Position numbers and translations under genes: made by a program | Shown here: piece after piece, positions 46,238 to 56,446 of the stretch | How positions within the stretch are numbered: the stretch's first letter is position 1 | Layout: every line of letters begins with the position of its first letter | Notes under the pieces: generated by a model | Seen by the model: the letters and a program-made list of their open reading frames with translations, nothing else | The model's database searches: none | What the model was told of the DNA's origin: nothing | Origin: a virus | Taxonomy: Duplodnaviria; Caudoviricetes | Length of the DNA: 63,515 bases | Virus record (IMG/VR): IMGVR_UViG_3300050343_000155 | Coordinates: 1 to 63,515 of that record | Reading direction: 5' to 3' (one strand)

Positions 46238-47626
46238 ATGGCTAACGTAATTTCGCCAGACCCCAATACAGACGCAACATTAAATGCGAATGGAGGTGGC
46301 TTGCAAACAACCCCAGAGAATTATGTCGCTTTAGGCGATTTGATTGAACCAAACAAACCCGATGTTCGTGACCTGTACGTTCAAACGTATGGAGATCAAG
46401 GAATTACTGGTTTCTTGGAGCTTACTGGAGCAAAAAAGACTGCTGGACAGGCAGATGAGGTTAAGTGGTATGAAGAGGGTAGACTTCACAAGACTTTTAC
46501 TTACTCGGAATTGACCTCGAATGAGCCAGGTGTAATGACCTGCACAAACACTGCCCCAGGCCTCATCAGACTTAACGATGTTCTGTTGCTTCCTGACGGA
46601 CAAAGAGTAGTCGTTAAAGCACTAACAAGCGCAACAGAGATTGCTGTTTCTTCTATGACTGGAGGTACCACTGACGCTGACGCAGTAGGCGGAGTGGCCG
46701 CTATTATTGGAAACGTGTACGCGCAGGGAACTGATCAGCCTTCACAGTTCTATACTACTGGACTGGCTTCTTACACTAATCCATACATCATCACTAAAGA
46801 GATGTACGAGGTTAGCGGTTCTCAAGCAACTAACATTGGCTGGTTGAACGTAAACGGTCAGTACAAGTGGTACATGAAGAACGAGATGGACGCTCGTAAG
46901 CGATTCATGAATCAGCGTGAAATGATGTTGTTGTACTCTCAAAAGGTTTCAACCGCAGCTGACATCATTAGTGTTCCAGATCAAGGAAACGCCGCGAGTT
47001 CTGTCGCTGGTTCTGAAGGTTACTTCGCTGCTGTTGAGGGTCGTGGAATTACAGCCACGGTTTCTGGAGGTGCTCAGGGTTCATTCGCTTCTATGAGCGA
47101 CATCGACCAGATCATCCTCGAACTCGACAAAGAAGGGGCTCCTGCTGAGTACGCTATGTACGTAAACAGAGCAACATCTTTGGATATCGACGACATGCTT
47201 GCTAGCGGTATCGCTACGCAGGTGACTGCTGGCTTGGCTGGTCAGTTCGGTGCGTTTAACAACGATGCTGACTTGGCTGTAAAGCTTGGCTTTAAGTCAT
47301 TTACTCGTGGTGGGTACACTTTCCATAAGCATGACTGGAAGTTGTTGAACGACCCTACTTTGGGTGGTTTGAACAACCTCCACAAAGGTGCTATGATTCC
47401 AATGTCTCAAGTCGCTGACGCTAAGTCTGGAATTAAGTCTCCATCTTTGGAGATGAACTTTAAGTCTGCTGGAAGCTACTCTCGTGAGATGGAGCACTGG
47501 GTAACTGGTGGTGGTGTTCTCGGACACTCCAACGCTGCAAACGGTAAGGATACTGCTATCTTCAACTACCGCTCTGAGTGCAACCTCGTTACTCGTGGTG
47601 CTAACCAGCACGTTGTATTGAAGTAA
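46238..47626 (+). CDS. Major capsid protein (crAss-like)
   Basis: 462 aa; VKWYEEGRLH, EVSGSQ..NIGW and LGFKSFTRGGYTFHKHDWKLLND; strongly biased codons; followed by a terminator. Confidence 0.8.
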   Translation: MANVISPDPNTDATLNANGGGLQTTPENYVALGDLIEPNKPDVRDLYVQTYGDQGITGFLELTGAKKTAGQADEVKWYEEGRLHKTFTYSELTSNEPGVMTCTNTAPGLIRLNDVLLLPDGQRVVVKALTSATEIAVSSMTGGTTDADAVGGVAAIIGNVYAQGTDQPSQFYTTGLASYTNPYIITKEMYEVSGSQATNIGWLNVNGQYKWYMKNEMDARKRFMNQREMMLLYSQKVSTAADIISVPDQGNAASSVAGSEGYFAAVEGRGITATVSGGAQGSFASMSDIDQIILELDKEGAPAEYAMYVNRATSLDIDDMLASGIATQVTAGLAGQFGAFNNDADLAVKLGFKSFTRGGYTFHKHDWKLLNDPTLGGLNNLHKGAMIPMSQVADAKSGIKSPSLEMNFKSAGSYSREMEHWVTGGGVLGHSNAANGKDTAIFNYRSECNLVTRGANQHVVLK

Positions 47627-47642
47627 TTAATCTGAAGTGATT

Positions 47643-47670
47643 GAGAAGGCCCTTCGGGGCTTTCTCTTGA
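47643..47670 (+). terminator. Terminator-like hairpin after the capsid gene
   Basis: GAGAAGGCCC-TTCG-GGGCTTTCTC. Confidence 0.7.
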
Positions 47671-47689
47671 TCTTCATAATATTTAGAAC

Positions 47690-48427
47690 ATGAAAAAAAA
47701 TCTTTTTCCTTTATTTCTGGATGGAGCCACTCAAGTTTTGTCTGCTGCCGAAGCAGCCACTTGGGATGGTAAAACCAGTTTTATCACTCTTGCTAACAAC
47801 GGTATTGGTACATTTACTTTAGGCGAAGTCGCTGAGGGCAACGAACCTATCGAGCCTGGCACTGTGGTGTCTGTTTATAGATCCGCATCTGGAAGCACCA
47901 ACATTGGAGTACTTCCAAAAGCGGGTGAGTCGGCTTTGCTTGGTCTTAACGCCGCAACAGAGTCTGCTGTGTTTATGTGGGATTCGTCAGCGTGGAAAAT
48001 TGTGTCTAATGCGACTGCCAGCGGGTCTGTAAGCACTACTAACTTGGCCCTGAGTGGCACGCTTAGCGTTGCTGGTGCTGCTACTTTGTCGGCTGCTGTC
48101 AAGCTTAATGTCTCAAGCACCGCAACGGTTGCGGAGGCTACTAACAGAGCTACTGGCGTTACCTTGAATCAAGTTGCAGGTGTGGTAAGCACAAATGCGG
48201 CTTCTCTCGCTGACACTGCCGAAGCTACCTTGACTGTGACTAACACTGTTTGTACTGCAAACTCAGTTGTAATCGTGTCGCCTGGCGCAAACTGCAATGA
48301 TCTTGGAGGCGGGGCCTTTGAGGTTACTCCAGCCGCAGGATCGTTTACCATTGTGTACAAGAACGTTTCTGGCGGGGCTGTAGCCACAGCACAAACCTTT
48401 AGATTCGTTGTGATTAATCTCACATAA
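47690..48427 (+). CDS. Putative capsid decoration/auxiliary protein
   Basis: A/T/G/S-rich beta protein directly after the major capsid gene. Confidence 0.55.
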   Translation: MKKNLFPLFLDGATQVLSAAEAATWDGKTSFITLANNGIGTFTLGEVAEGNEPIEPGTVVSVYRSASGSTNIGVLPKAGESALLGLNAATESAVFMWDSSAWKIVSNATASGSVSTTNLALSGTLSVAGAATLSAAVKLNVSSTATVAEATNRATGVTLNQVAGVVSTNAASLADTAEATLTVTNTVCTANSVVIVSPGANCNDLGGGAFEVTPAAGSFTIVYKNVSGGAVATAQTFRFVVINLT

Positions 48428-48444
48428 TAACCCTTCTGGTAATT

Positions 48445-48490
48445 GAGTCGAGACCTTTAGGTCTCGGCTCTCTTATCTCTTTCACACTTT
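48445..48490 (+). terminator. Terminator-like hairpin
   Basis: GAGTCGAGACC-TTTA-GGTCTCGGCTC followed by a pyrimidine tract. Confidence 0.6.
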
Positions 48491-48504
48491 AATTTAATTT
48501 TATT

Positions 48505-49329
48505 ATGAATCAAACAACTAAGCGCCCACCAGGGCGACCAAAAAAGGCTGCACCCGCAGTAGCTGTGGCAGAAGCCCCAGCAAAACAACAGCCTAAGAAG
48601 AAGGCTATTCGACGTCAAGAGAAGGTGTCCGCCACCCAGGAATACAAAGCCAACGGGAGCGGTGCTGTAATGATGCTTATGCAGAGCGGCATCACTGTGT
48701 ACGACGAAGAAACAGGTATGGTGCGAGAGATTCGCTATTGCGAGAATGAAAACTCTATCTGGAAAGATGAACAAGCTGATCGGTCTGTAAAGACCCCAGT
48801 CATCTTCCGTATGGGTAGACTATTCGTAAACGAACGACAGCCTAACCTCCGAAACTTCCTTGAGATCCACCCTGAGAACAAAGAGAACGGCGGTAGTCTG
48901 TTCGAGCTAGTAGACAACCTAAAGAAGGTTGAGGTAGATATCGACAACGAGTTCCTCGTAAACGATGCTATTACTATGCTTCGAACTAAAGAGCTTGATG
49001 AGCTTCTAGCTGTAGCCTTGGCGTATGGGATGGACATTGACCGCCCTACCTCTGAGGTAAAGCATGACCTGCTCCTCAAGGCTAAGAAGTCACCGAAGGT
49101 GTTCATCGAGTCATTCGATAACCCAGTCGTGGCTATGAAGTCTAAGATTAGACAAGCAATTTCTTACCAAATCATTAAAGCAGACAACGATGGAGTTAAG
49201 TGGTTTGACACTAACAAGCATATTGTATCCGTGCCTGCTGGACAGGATCCTGTTGATGTTTTTGTTCGTTATTGCATGACCGAGGCTGCTGCCCCCGTCG
49301 TAGCCGAGATCGAGCGACAACTGGACTAA
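48505..49329 (+). CDS. Conserved head-module protein of unknown function
   Basis: REIRYCENENSIW..EQ and FLEIHPEN..NGG motifs; position after the capsid genes. Confidence 0.65.
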   Translation: MNQTTKRPPGRPKKAAPAVAVAEAPAKQQPKKKAIRRQEKVSATQEYKANGSGAVMMLMQSGITVYDEETGMVREIRYCENENSIWKDEQADRSVKTPVIFRMGRLFVNERQPNLRNFLEIHPENKENGGSLFELVDNLKKVEVDIDNEFLVNDAITMLRTKELDELLAVALAYGMDIDRPTSEVKHDLLLKAKKSPKVFIESFDNPVVAMKSKIRQAISYQIIKADNDGVKWFDTNKHIVSVPAGQDPVDVFVRYCMTEAAAPVVAEIERQLD

Positions 49330-49347
49330 ACGTAGTTATATATGGAC

Positions 49348-49382
49348 AGGAAGGGCTCCCAAAAGGGGGCCTTTTCTTTTTT
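49348..49382 (+). terminator. Intrinsic terminator
   Basis: AGGAAGGGCTCCC-AAAA-GGGGGCCTTTTCT followed by a T-tract. Confidence 0.7.
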
Positions 49383-49395
49383 GTATATTTGTGTC

Positions 49396-50118
49396 ATGGC
49401 ATACGGAGCTGACATATCGGTAGTGTACAACACCCTAAAGGATCTTGCGAACAAGGACCAGCAGGGATTTATCTCGCCAACCGAGTTCAATCGGTTTGCC
49501 AACATTGCCCAACTCAATATATTTAACGGACTCTTTGATGAACTCAAGGATGCCAAAAGGCTGTCTCGATCAGGCTACAACCCCATGAGGGATAAGTCAC
49601 GTATCAAGCGAATTGAAGAAGACCTGTCTTATTTCTCTAAGAAGATCACGCAACCCAAGGCTAGCGGTAAGTTTGCAAAACCTGACGATTTAGCTAGGAT
49701 TATAGGCGTTACCACGGCTGGAAGCATTATGCTTAATCAATCAACCAAGAAGCCTATTGAGCTTTGCTACGACGAAGAGAAGATTGAGCGCATCCTGGTG
49801 AGCAACCTAAGCGCACCTACGGCTGAGTTCCCTGTAGCTCTGGTGTCTGAGTTTCTCCATGTGTTCCCCACTACGGTAAACAAGATTGAGATCAGATATT
49901 ATAAGTACCCAGAGAGTACTGTATCGGGTGTTAGGGACCCTAACCCACCTACTTATTCTTTTGCGGGAACACTTAGGGACTTTGAGCTTCCAGATCACTA
50001 CACTTCTGATTTGGTATATGAGATTGGAAAGATGATTGGTCTCAACCTTAGGGATACGGATATCGTTAACTACACTAGTCAGGAGATGCAGACTAGGAAA
50101 CAAGCAGAAACATACTAA
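49396..50118 (+). CDS. Tail ring/adaptor protein
   Basis: LANKDQQGFISPTEFN.FA..AQ, crAss-like ring pattern; start moved to 49396, after the terminator and promoter. Confidence 0.65.
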   Translation: MAYGADISVVYNTLKDLANKDQQGFISPTEFNRFANIAQLNIFNGLFDELKDAKRLSRSGYNPMRDKSRIKRIEEDLSYFSKKITQPKASGKFAKPDDLARIIGVTTAGSIMLNQSTKKPIELCYDEEKIERILVSNLSAPTAEFPVALVSEFLHVFPTTVNKIEIRYYKYPESTVSGVRDPNPPTYSFAGTLRDFELPDHYTSDLVYEIGKMIGLNLRDTDIVNYTSQEMQTRKQAETY

Positions 50119-50945
50119 TGGCTAGGAATACAGTACCTTTAAAGCAAATCATAAATGATTTTGTTATAACCCTAGCGGATGATGACTACGCAGGAAGCGC
50201 TTCTGATACACAGATCAGGACTCATGCTTTGAGAGGCATTCGTGAGATGGGTTTTGATATGTCCAAAAAGATTCGTTCCCTAGTCCTTGGAATCAACAGC
50301 GCAAACAATACTGTGGAGCTACCAGATGACTTCGTGGATTGGAGTAAGGTAGGTGTGGTTGGTTCAGACAACCTAGTCTACGTACTTGGAGAAAACAAGA
50401 ACTTAAACTACTCTCAGGCCTATGACAACGGATCAGGCGTAAAAGCTCCTACCGCAGCTACAGCAAATGATAGTGACGGCGATGGTGTATTCGACAGAAT
50501 AGACGCCAAGACAGCTACGACTGGTGGTGATACCTCTACTAGCTTTAACTCAACAGTATTCAGAGATTACTACTACGGCAACCAGAACGCTATCTACGGA
50601 GCTGGAGGGGGTAGGTATAGGGGTGAGTTTAGAGTGAACCTAGATCAGAACAGAATTGAGATCAGCCCTATCTCCAATGTATCAGAGGTAGTGATTGAGT
50701 ATGTGGCTGACGAGGGCCGCTCTCAGAACCCCTCAGTTCACATATATCTAGAGGAGGCACTAAGAGCATACATGTACTACAAGATCGTTGAGCGTAAGGC
50801 CTCTGTGCCTGCTAACGAAAAGTCTAGGGCTCGTCAGGAGTATTACAACGAGCGCAGAAAGGCCAACGGGCGTATTAAGTCCTTCACGAAAGAGGAGGCA
50901 CTGAAGACAATTAGAAAGAATTACAAACAGTCACCTAAGTTCTAA
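50118..50945 (+). CDS. Tail ring/tubular protein
   Basis: ALRGIRE..FD, LPDDFVDW.KVG and EEALRAYM motifs. Confidence 0.65.
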   Translation: MARNTVPLKQIINDFVITLADDDYAGSASDTQIRTHALRGIREMGFDMSKKIRSLVLGINSANNTVELPDDFVDWSKVGVVGSDNLVYVLGENKNLNYSQAYDNGSGVKAPTAATANDSDGDGVFDRIDAKTATTGGDTSTSFNSTVFRDYYYGNQNAIYGAGGGRYRGEFRVNLDQNRIEISPISNVSEVVIEYVADEGRSQNPSVHIYLEEALRAYMYYKIVERKASVPANEKSRARQEYYNERRKANGRIKSFTKEEALKTIRKNYKQSPKF

Positions 50946-53900
50946 TGGCGATTGATAAAATGATACCACGCTTCCTCGTCAGTGATGAGGACGAGCGTTT
51001 GCTGAAAGAGGGTGCCATGACGGACGCCCTCAATGTTACTATCTCTGAAGACGGGAATGGAAGTGAAGGTGTTGTAAAGAACGTGAAAGGTACAATTGCT
51101 GGAACGGCGATTGCTGGGTCTGAATTAGCCGCTTCCAACGCCGTTACTGTGATTGGTCAGGTTTCTGATCCTCAGCGAAGTAAGATATATTTTTTCGTAG
51201 CTGATAGCTCAGCTACTGGTGATTTTAGTGACGGAACTGAACATGCCGTTTATCAGTACGACACAGCAAGTGATACTTATAAAGTGGTCCTTAAAGACGG
51301 CTGGCTAAAATTTAACCCTGATGGTTTTGTAAAGGCAGACGTTCTCAACGGATCTTTTCAGCAGGACGGAGTAATACAGACTATTCTGTACTTTACGGAT
51401 AATTTAAACGAACCCAGGAAGATAAACGTAGATAGAGCTTTGACAGGGGACTACGACGGCTATAATGACCGTCAGCTTGATTACGCTTTATCCGTAATTA
51501 AAGCTTCATGCACAACGCCTCCTTCTTTTTATTTTGAAACAAACACCTCTTTAAGCTCAAACAATCTTATAGGTAAGTCATTTCAATTTGCAACCCAGCT
51601 CATATATAAAGATGGAGAAGAAAGCGCCATGTCAAGTTACTCTTCTTTAGCCTTTCCTTCTTTCTACCCAGAATATGGGCTTAACGAAGCTGTATTTGAG
51701 TCAACTAAAGAGAACGTCTGTTCTATAGATTTGGGTTTTATCCATACCGACATACTAGACGTAGAGGGTATTAGGGTAATGGGAAGGATTGGAAACTCAG
51801 GAAGCTTTTTTTTAATAGATGAAGTTAAAACCAACATAAGCCTGCAAAGAGATGTGTTCGGGTCTACAGAGTTAGTATACGATCACCATAACGGAATATA
51901 TAAGTTCTACAACGATGGAGTGTACCCCTCTGTGGATACCTTACTGGTTGACAAAAACTACGACAACGTACCCACTAAGGCTGAAGGTCAGGCCCTCGTG
52001 GGTAACAGGCTCATGTATTCTAATTATGTAGAGGGAAAAGATAGCGTTTCAGCATCCGCATCTTTGACTGTTGAATATCAAGATCCCTTATCTAATTCTC
52101 AAGATGACAACACTAGCGTGGTGGATTACGCAACATCAGCCGCCAACGGAGACATTAAAATAGATCTTAGCTCAATTTCATGGCCTACCGACAATGGTGT
52201 AGCGTTTGTTCCAGCTGGAACTATAGTTTCTTTTGAGTTTGATTACGAGCCTGAAGGAAGTATTAAATCGAATGGCGGACCTCCAGGATTTGTTGAGATG
52301 ACAAGCGGATCGGGTATGAAGTTTAGGCTTGGCTTCAATGGCGGCACTTACAATAATGGGATTCCTATAGTCGGGACACAAAACCCTCTTAGGTTTGTTC
52401 ATTTCGTAGAGACAAATGTGGAGCTTACGTTAGGAGAGCTTAGAGACTTAATAAAATCTTCTTTAGAGAACTCACCTAATGCTTCGAGGCAGTTAACATA
52501 CGATGTACCTGATAACGTCGCTGAAGTTTACATACCGCCCAACGCTAACGGTAACTTTCCTGTAGACCCAAACAGCGGTCAAGCATTTCTAACTACTGCG
52601 GAGATCTACTCTAATAATCCAGCAGCAAATCCTGACCTTTTAGGCGGGACAATTGATGTTTCAAACTTAAATGTAACTCTTAACTATGAGTTTGACGAGA
52701 TAGCTGATGTAGGAAGTACCGCCTTAAAAATAAAGCCTTACGTCTCAAGTGTAGTAGCTAATACAGCTACAATAAGCGCGACGCTATCTAACAATTCCGA
52801 TTCATTCGGTCCGTTTTCGTTTTCAATCGGATCTTCTGGTTTTTCTCAAACGTCAGGGCAGACAACATCAGCTCAGGGTGGTGCTACCTATGACATAACA
52901 AACGATACCGCTTATTTAACCGAACAGGACTCTTATACTAATATATCTTTAGCTGCAAGTTCTTTTAAGTCTGGGTCTTCTCACCCTTTGGGTGTTGTTT
53001 ATTATGATATATACGGTAGGCATGGATTTGTCAACGAGTTGGGATCCGTGTATGTAAACGGCCTATGGGAAAGGATTGCTCCAAACGCCACTGAGAAGGG
53101 GCCCGCGTCTATTAACATTGATTTTACTTCGTCTATGCCTGACTGGGCCGAAAGCTATCAGATAGTATATTCTGGGCCGTCTGCTTACGACTCTTTTATT
53201 GTAAACGCTGTGTCTATAGGGGAAGAAGCTTCTGGAACCGACGTTAATTCAGGGAATCAAATATATGTATCGTTAAAGCCTTTGGAGCTTTTTAACGAGA
53301 ACTCCAGCAGCAAGAGAAGTTATAGCTTCACCGAAGGTGACAAACTTAGGGTTGTTTTTAGGACAGAAGCCGATAGTTCGCTTACTTACAAAAGATCTAA
53401 CTCAGGCGGAGCAATGGAGTTTGATATAGTAGGAACTGTAGAGAACCCCGTTGATTCTATTATTCACGCTTCCGCATCTGCTGACGAGCTTCACTCTGGA
53501 ACCTGGCTAATCCTTAAAGCCCCTGTTATTAGCGGTGGCGGGTCGGTGGGTGACGTAGATGCCGACCCAGCGTTAGATAACCTACAGTATGAAGGGTACG
53601 ACTACTATTCTATAACAAGCACAGCATACCCATTAGGGGACCCATCGTCTGGTTCAAATCTTTGGGAAAGTGGAACTATGGTTGAAATTGTTTCACCTAA
53701 AAAAACACTACAAGACAAGGTTTATTATGAGATCGGGGAAAGAAGGTCCAGACCAAAGTCTTTTGATGCTTTAACAGAAACGAATCACGGTGGAGATTTT
53801 TCAATATCAAACGGATCTGTATGGTGGAGAAATGTAACCTTCTCAGTCCCTGGACTTCCAGTGGGAGCGAATCACACACTCCTTTCGAACTATACCGCAA

Positions 53901-55285
53901 GGACGTATTACATAGAGTGTGAAACACCCAGTGAAATCACAGACTCAAAAGATTGGCACAAAGGAAGGCCTCATGTAGCTTTTAAATCAGCAGCAGAAAT
54001 AAGAAGAGAGAATGGAATCACTTATAGTGATGCATATGCTGAAGATGTGTCTAAGTTAAGTCTATCATCGTTTACGCCTTCTTTGGCTAACTTCGATTCC
54101 CTGGAGGGCTCGTATGGCGCCGCTAGGTACATAGGTAGCTACAACGATAATTTAGCTGTATTGCAAGAAAATAAACTTTCCTTAATTCCAGTAGGAAAGA
54201 ATATAATTGAATACGCAGGGGGTAGCTCTAACGTAGCTATATCGTCAGAGGTATTAGGTCAGGCTAGGTACGCTTCAGGAGACTACGGTTGCGGAGGACA
54301 CCCAGAGGCTGTTCTTATTCAGGACAACGATGTGTTCTTTGTCGATGAGTCTAGGCAGGCAGTAATGAGACTAGGTGGCGATCAGCTAACCCCTATATCT
54401 GAAAAGAATATGTCTTCTTTCTTTGAGGACTTCTTTACCAATAGTCACACTAGGTATGTAAGCGGATACGATCCACGAATCAGCACCTACTTTATTACTG
54501 GATATGGAGGCTCAGGCGCTGAATACTCAGCAGAAACCGTAGGTTATGACGTAGCTAGAGGGGTATGGCAGAGCAAGTACAGCTTTACGCCCGATGTGTA
54601 CGCTAACCAGAACAACATGTTATATAGCGCTAAGTATGTTGGCACTAATGCGTTTTGGAGACATGACGATGATGTAAGTCCGAATAGGAACACCTTTTAT
54701 GGTACCGCATATCCCTCTGAGGTAGAGACGGTCTCCAAGACATCACCATCAAGAGTTAAGGTATACAATGCTTTGTCTTACGAAGGTGATTCTGCTGAAT
54801 GGGATATGAGTCCTGTTAGCACCGACTTAGACCAGACGTCTGGCACGATAACTTCCTGGTCCGAGAGAGAGGGTAGTTACTACGCATCTATGCCTAGAGA
54901 TACATCTAGCAATAGCACAAGTCAAAAGATTTTTCTTGGATTTCTTACAGATACTGGCGATGGCTTAACATTTACATCTACTATAAGATTAAGCAGACAG
55001 TACATACCTCTTGGAGGTCAAACTATTACACAGCCAGGTTCAGGTTCTTCAGTAACACTGAATATAGCTTCCACATCTGGAAACACAATAACATTTAATG
55101 AAGACGCCACTGGTACCGCTGGTGACACATACCTTATTTTGGACTCTGCAACAAACGGAGATCCGATTCGCGGACACTACGCTAAAATCAAACTAACCAA
55201 CAGCTCTAACGCTAAGCACGAACTGTATTGTATAAACACTCACATAACTGATTCTAAGAGTCATCACCCCTTAGGTCAACAATAA
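50945..55285 (+). CDS. Tail muzzle/stabilisation protein (P22 gp10-like)
   Basis: DEDERLL..G...DALN, LYFTDN.NEPRKIN, GNRLMYSNY and TPISEKNMSSFF motifs. Confidence 0.75.
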   Translation: MAIDKMIPRFLVSDEDERLLKEGAMTDALNVTISEDGNGSEGVVKNVKGTIAGTAIAGSELAASNAVTVIGQVSDPQRSKIYFFVADSSATGDFSDGTEHAVYQYDTASDTYKVVLKDGWLKFNPDGFVKADVLNGSFQQDGVIQTILYFTDNLNEPRKINVDRALTGDYDGYNDRQLDYALSVIKASCTTPPSFYFETNTSLSSNNLIGKSFQFATQLIYKDGEESAMSSYSSLAFPSFYPEYGLNEAVFESTKENVCSIDLGFIHTDILDVEGIRVMGRIGNSGSFFLIDEVKTNISLQRDVFGSTELVYDHHNGIYKFYNDGVYPSVDTLLVDKNYDNVPTKAEGQALVGNRLMYSNYVEGKDSVSASASLTVEYQDPLSNSQDDNTSVVDYATSAANGDIKIDLSSISWPTDNGVAFVPAGTIVSFEFDYEPEGSIKSNGGPPGFVEMTSGSGMKFRLGFNGGTYNNGIPIVGTQNPLRFVHFVETNVELTLGELRDLIKSSLENSPNASRQLTYDVPDNVAEVYIPPNANGNFPVDPNSGQAFLTTAEIYSNNPAANPDLLGGTIDVSNLNVTLNYEFDEIADVGSTALKIKPYVSSVVANTATISATLSNNSDSFGPFSFSIGSSGFSQTSGQTTSAQGGATYDITNDTAYLTEQDSYTNISLAASSFKSGSSHPLGVVYYDIYGRHGFVNELGSVYVNGLWERIAPNATEKGPASINIDFTSSMPDWAESYQIVYSGPSAYDSFIVNAVSIGEEASGTDVNSGNQIYVSLKPLELFNENSSSKRSYSFTEGDKLRVVFRTEADSSLTYKRSNSGGAMEFDIVGTVENPVDSIIHASASADELHSGTWLILKAPVISGGGSVGDVDADPALDNLQYEGYDYYSITSTAYPLGDPSSGSNLWESGTMVEIVSPKKTLQDKVYYEIGERRSRPKSFDALTETNHGGDFSISNGSVWWRNVTFSVPGLPVGANHTLLSNYTARTYYIECETPSEITDSKDWHKGRPHVAFKSAAEIRRENGITYSDAYAEDVSKLSLSSFTPSLANFDSLEGSYGAARYIGSYNDNLAVLQENKLSLIPVGKNIIEYAGGSSNVAISSEVLGQARYASGDYGCGGHPEAVLIQDNDVFFVDESRQAVMRLGGDQLTPISEKNMSSFFEDFFTNSHTRYVSGYDPRISTYFITGYGGSGAEYSAETVGYDVARGVWQSKYSFTPDVYANQNNMLYSAKYVGTNAFWRHDDDVSPNRNTFYGTAYPSEVETVSKTSPSRVKVYNALSYEGDSAEWDMSPVSTDLDQTSGTITSWSEREGSYYASMPRDTSSNSTSQKIFLGFLTDTGDGLTFTSTIRLSRQYIPLGGQTITQPGSGSSVTLNIASTSGNTITFNEDATGTAGDTYLILDSATNGDPIRGHYAKIKLTNSSNAKHELYCINTHITDSKSHHPLGQQ

Positions 55286-55297
55286 CTATATTTGCAC

Positions 55298-56446
55298 ATG
55301 CCTTTACCATTAATACCTTTAGCTCTGGCTGCTCTGCCAGGTATAATCCAGCAGCAGACCGACAAGAAAAGACTTAATCAAGACTTTAACCGAGTAAATG
55401 ATAGACTCGATAAACTTGGTGGTCAAGAAAAAGGGCTTCTAGCTGACAGGCAGTATGGAGTTGGAGACTCTTGGAATAAGTTTTTAGCTGCCTCAAAACA
55501 AGACAAGGCGGCAGATATGGCTAGGCAGATTGCTTCAGAGCAAGAAGCATCTACCTTGGGCGCTTTGAAGTCAGGAGGGGCCAAGGCTTTGTTAGGTGGG
55601 TTGGGTGCGGCTCAAAGAAGATCTTCTCAGCAGAGAATGGGGATAGAGGCTGACTCTCAGGCCAGGCAGCAGTCTGCTCTGCAACAGTATGCTGGAGTTG
55701 AGAACAGGGCTAATGACTTAAACGTGGGTCTTGCAAATCAAGATCTGCTGAGGGTTCAGGGTCAAATGGATGAGTCTAAGACAGAGAAAGAGCTTCTTAG
55801 GGGTGAGAAAAGGGCCGCTAAAGACGACAGAATTTCAGGCTACATGAACTTAGCCAGTCAATTCTTGGGTAAGAATGGAGCTAAGGTTCCAGAATACGTA
55901 GATGGAGGATCAAAAGTTGGAAACTTTCTTTTCGGAGATAAAGGAAGTAGAGGAAAGCTTATGAAGGATGGCTTTCAGAGAGGTGTAGAGGAATCAAAAA
56001 AGAACACTAGATACACAAGTGTTCGTAGTAAAACAGGAGGGTATAAAACTGATCTTCAAGACGCTTCTAATCCAGTCAGTCAAGATGACGTAAACGAAGC
56101 CCTAGCTGGAAGTAAAGCAGCTCAAGACGAAAGAGACGCGACAAGCGCAACTAATAGGTCTCTGCTCGGTGAAAACTTTAACTTTGAAGGCGGCCTACAC
56201 GCCACTAGAAAAAGAGTGGAGGAAAAGAGGAATGGCGGCGTACAGAAGACTCCTGGTAAGTTTTCTCACGCAAAGAACCCAATTGACATAATGAAGGATG
56301 GGTCTAAAATAGGAGAGATGACTGGAGGTGAATACATCTTTAACCCTCGTCAAGCAAGCACCCTCCAATCGTTGTCTTCTAAAGGCGGTTCTCCGCTTCA
56401 CAAGTATGTAAAGGGGCTGTTAAAAGAATTTGACACAAGAAAATGA
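55298..56446 (+). CDS. Putative internal virion/ejection protein
   Basis: Hydrophobic N-terminus, Q/A-rich coils and TPGKFSH..NPI...EMTGGEYIFNP. Confidence 0.6.
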   Translation: MPLPLIPLALAALPGIIQQQTDKKRLNQDFNRVNDRLDKLGGQEKGLLADRQYGVGDSWNKFLAASKQDKAADMARQIASEQEASTLGALKSGGAKALLGGLGAAQRRSSQQRMGIEADSQARQQSALQQYAGVENRANDLNVGLANQDLLRVQGQMDESKTEKELLRGEKRAAKDDRISGYMNLASQFLGKNGAKVPEYVDGGSKVGNFLFGDKGSRGKLMKDGFQRGVEESKKNTRYTSVRSKTGGYKTDLQDASNPVSQDDVNEALAGSKAAQDERDATSATNRSLLGENFNFEGGLHATRKRVEEKRNGGVQKTPGKFSHAKNPIDIMKDGSKIGEMTGGEYIFNPRQASTLQSLSSKGGSPLHKYVKGLLKEFDTRK

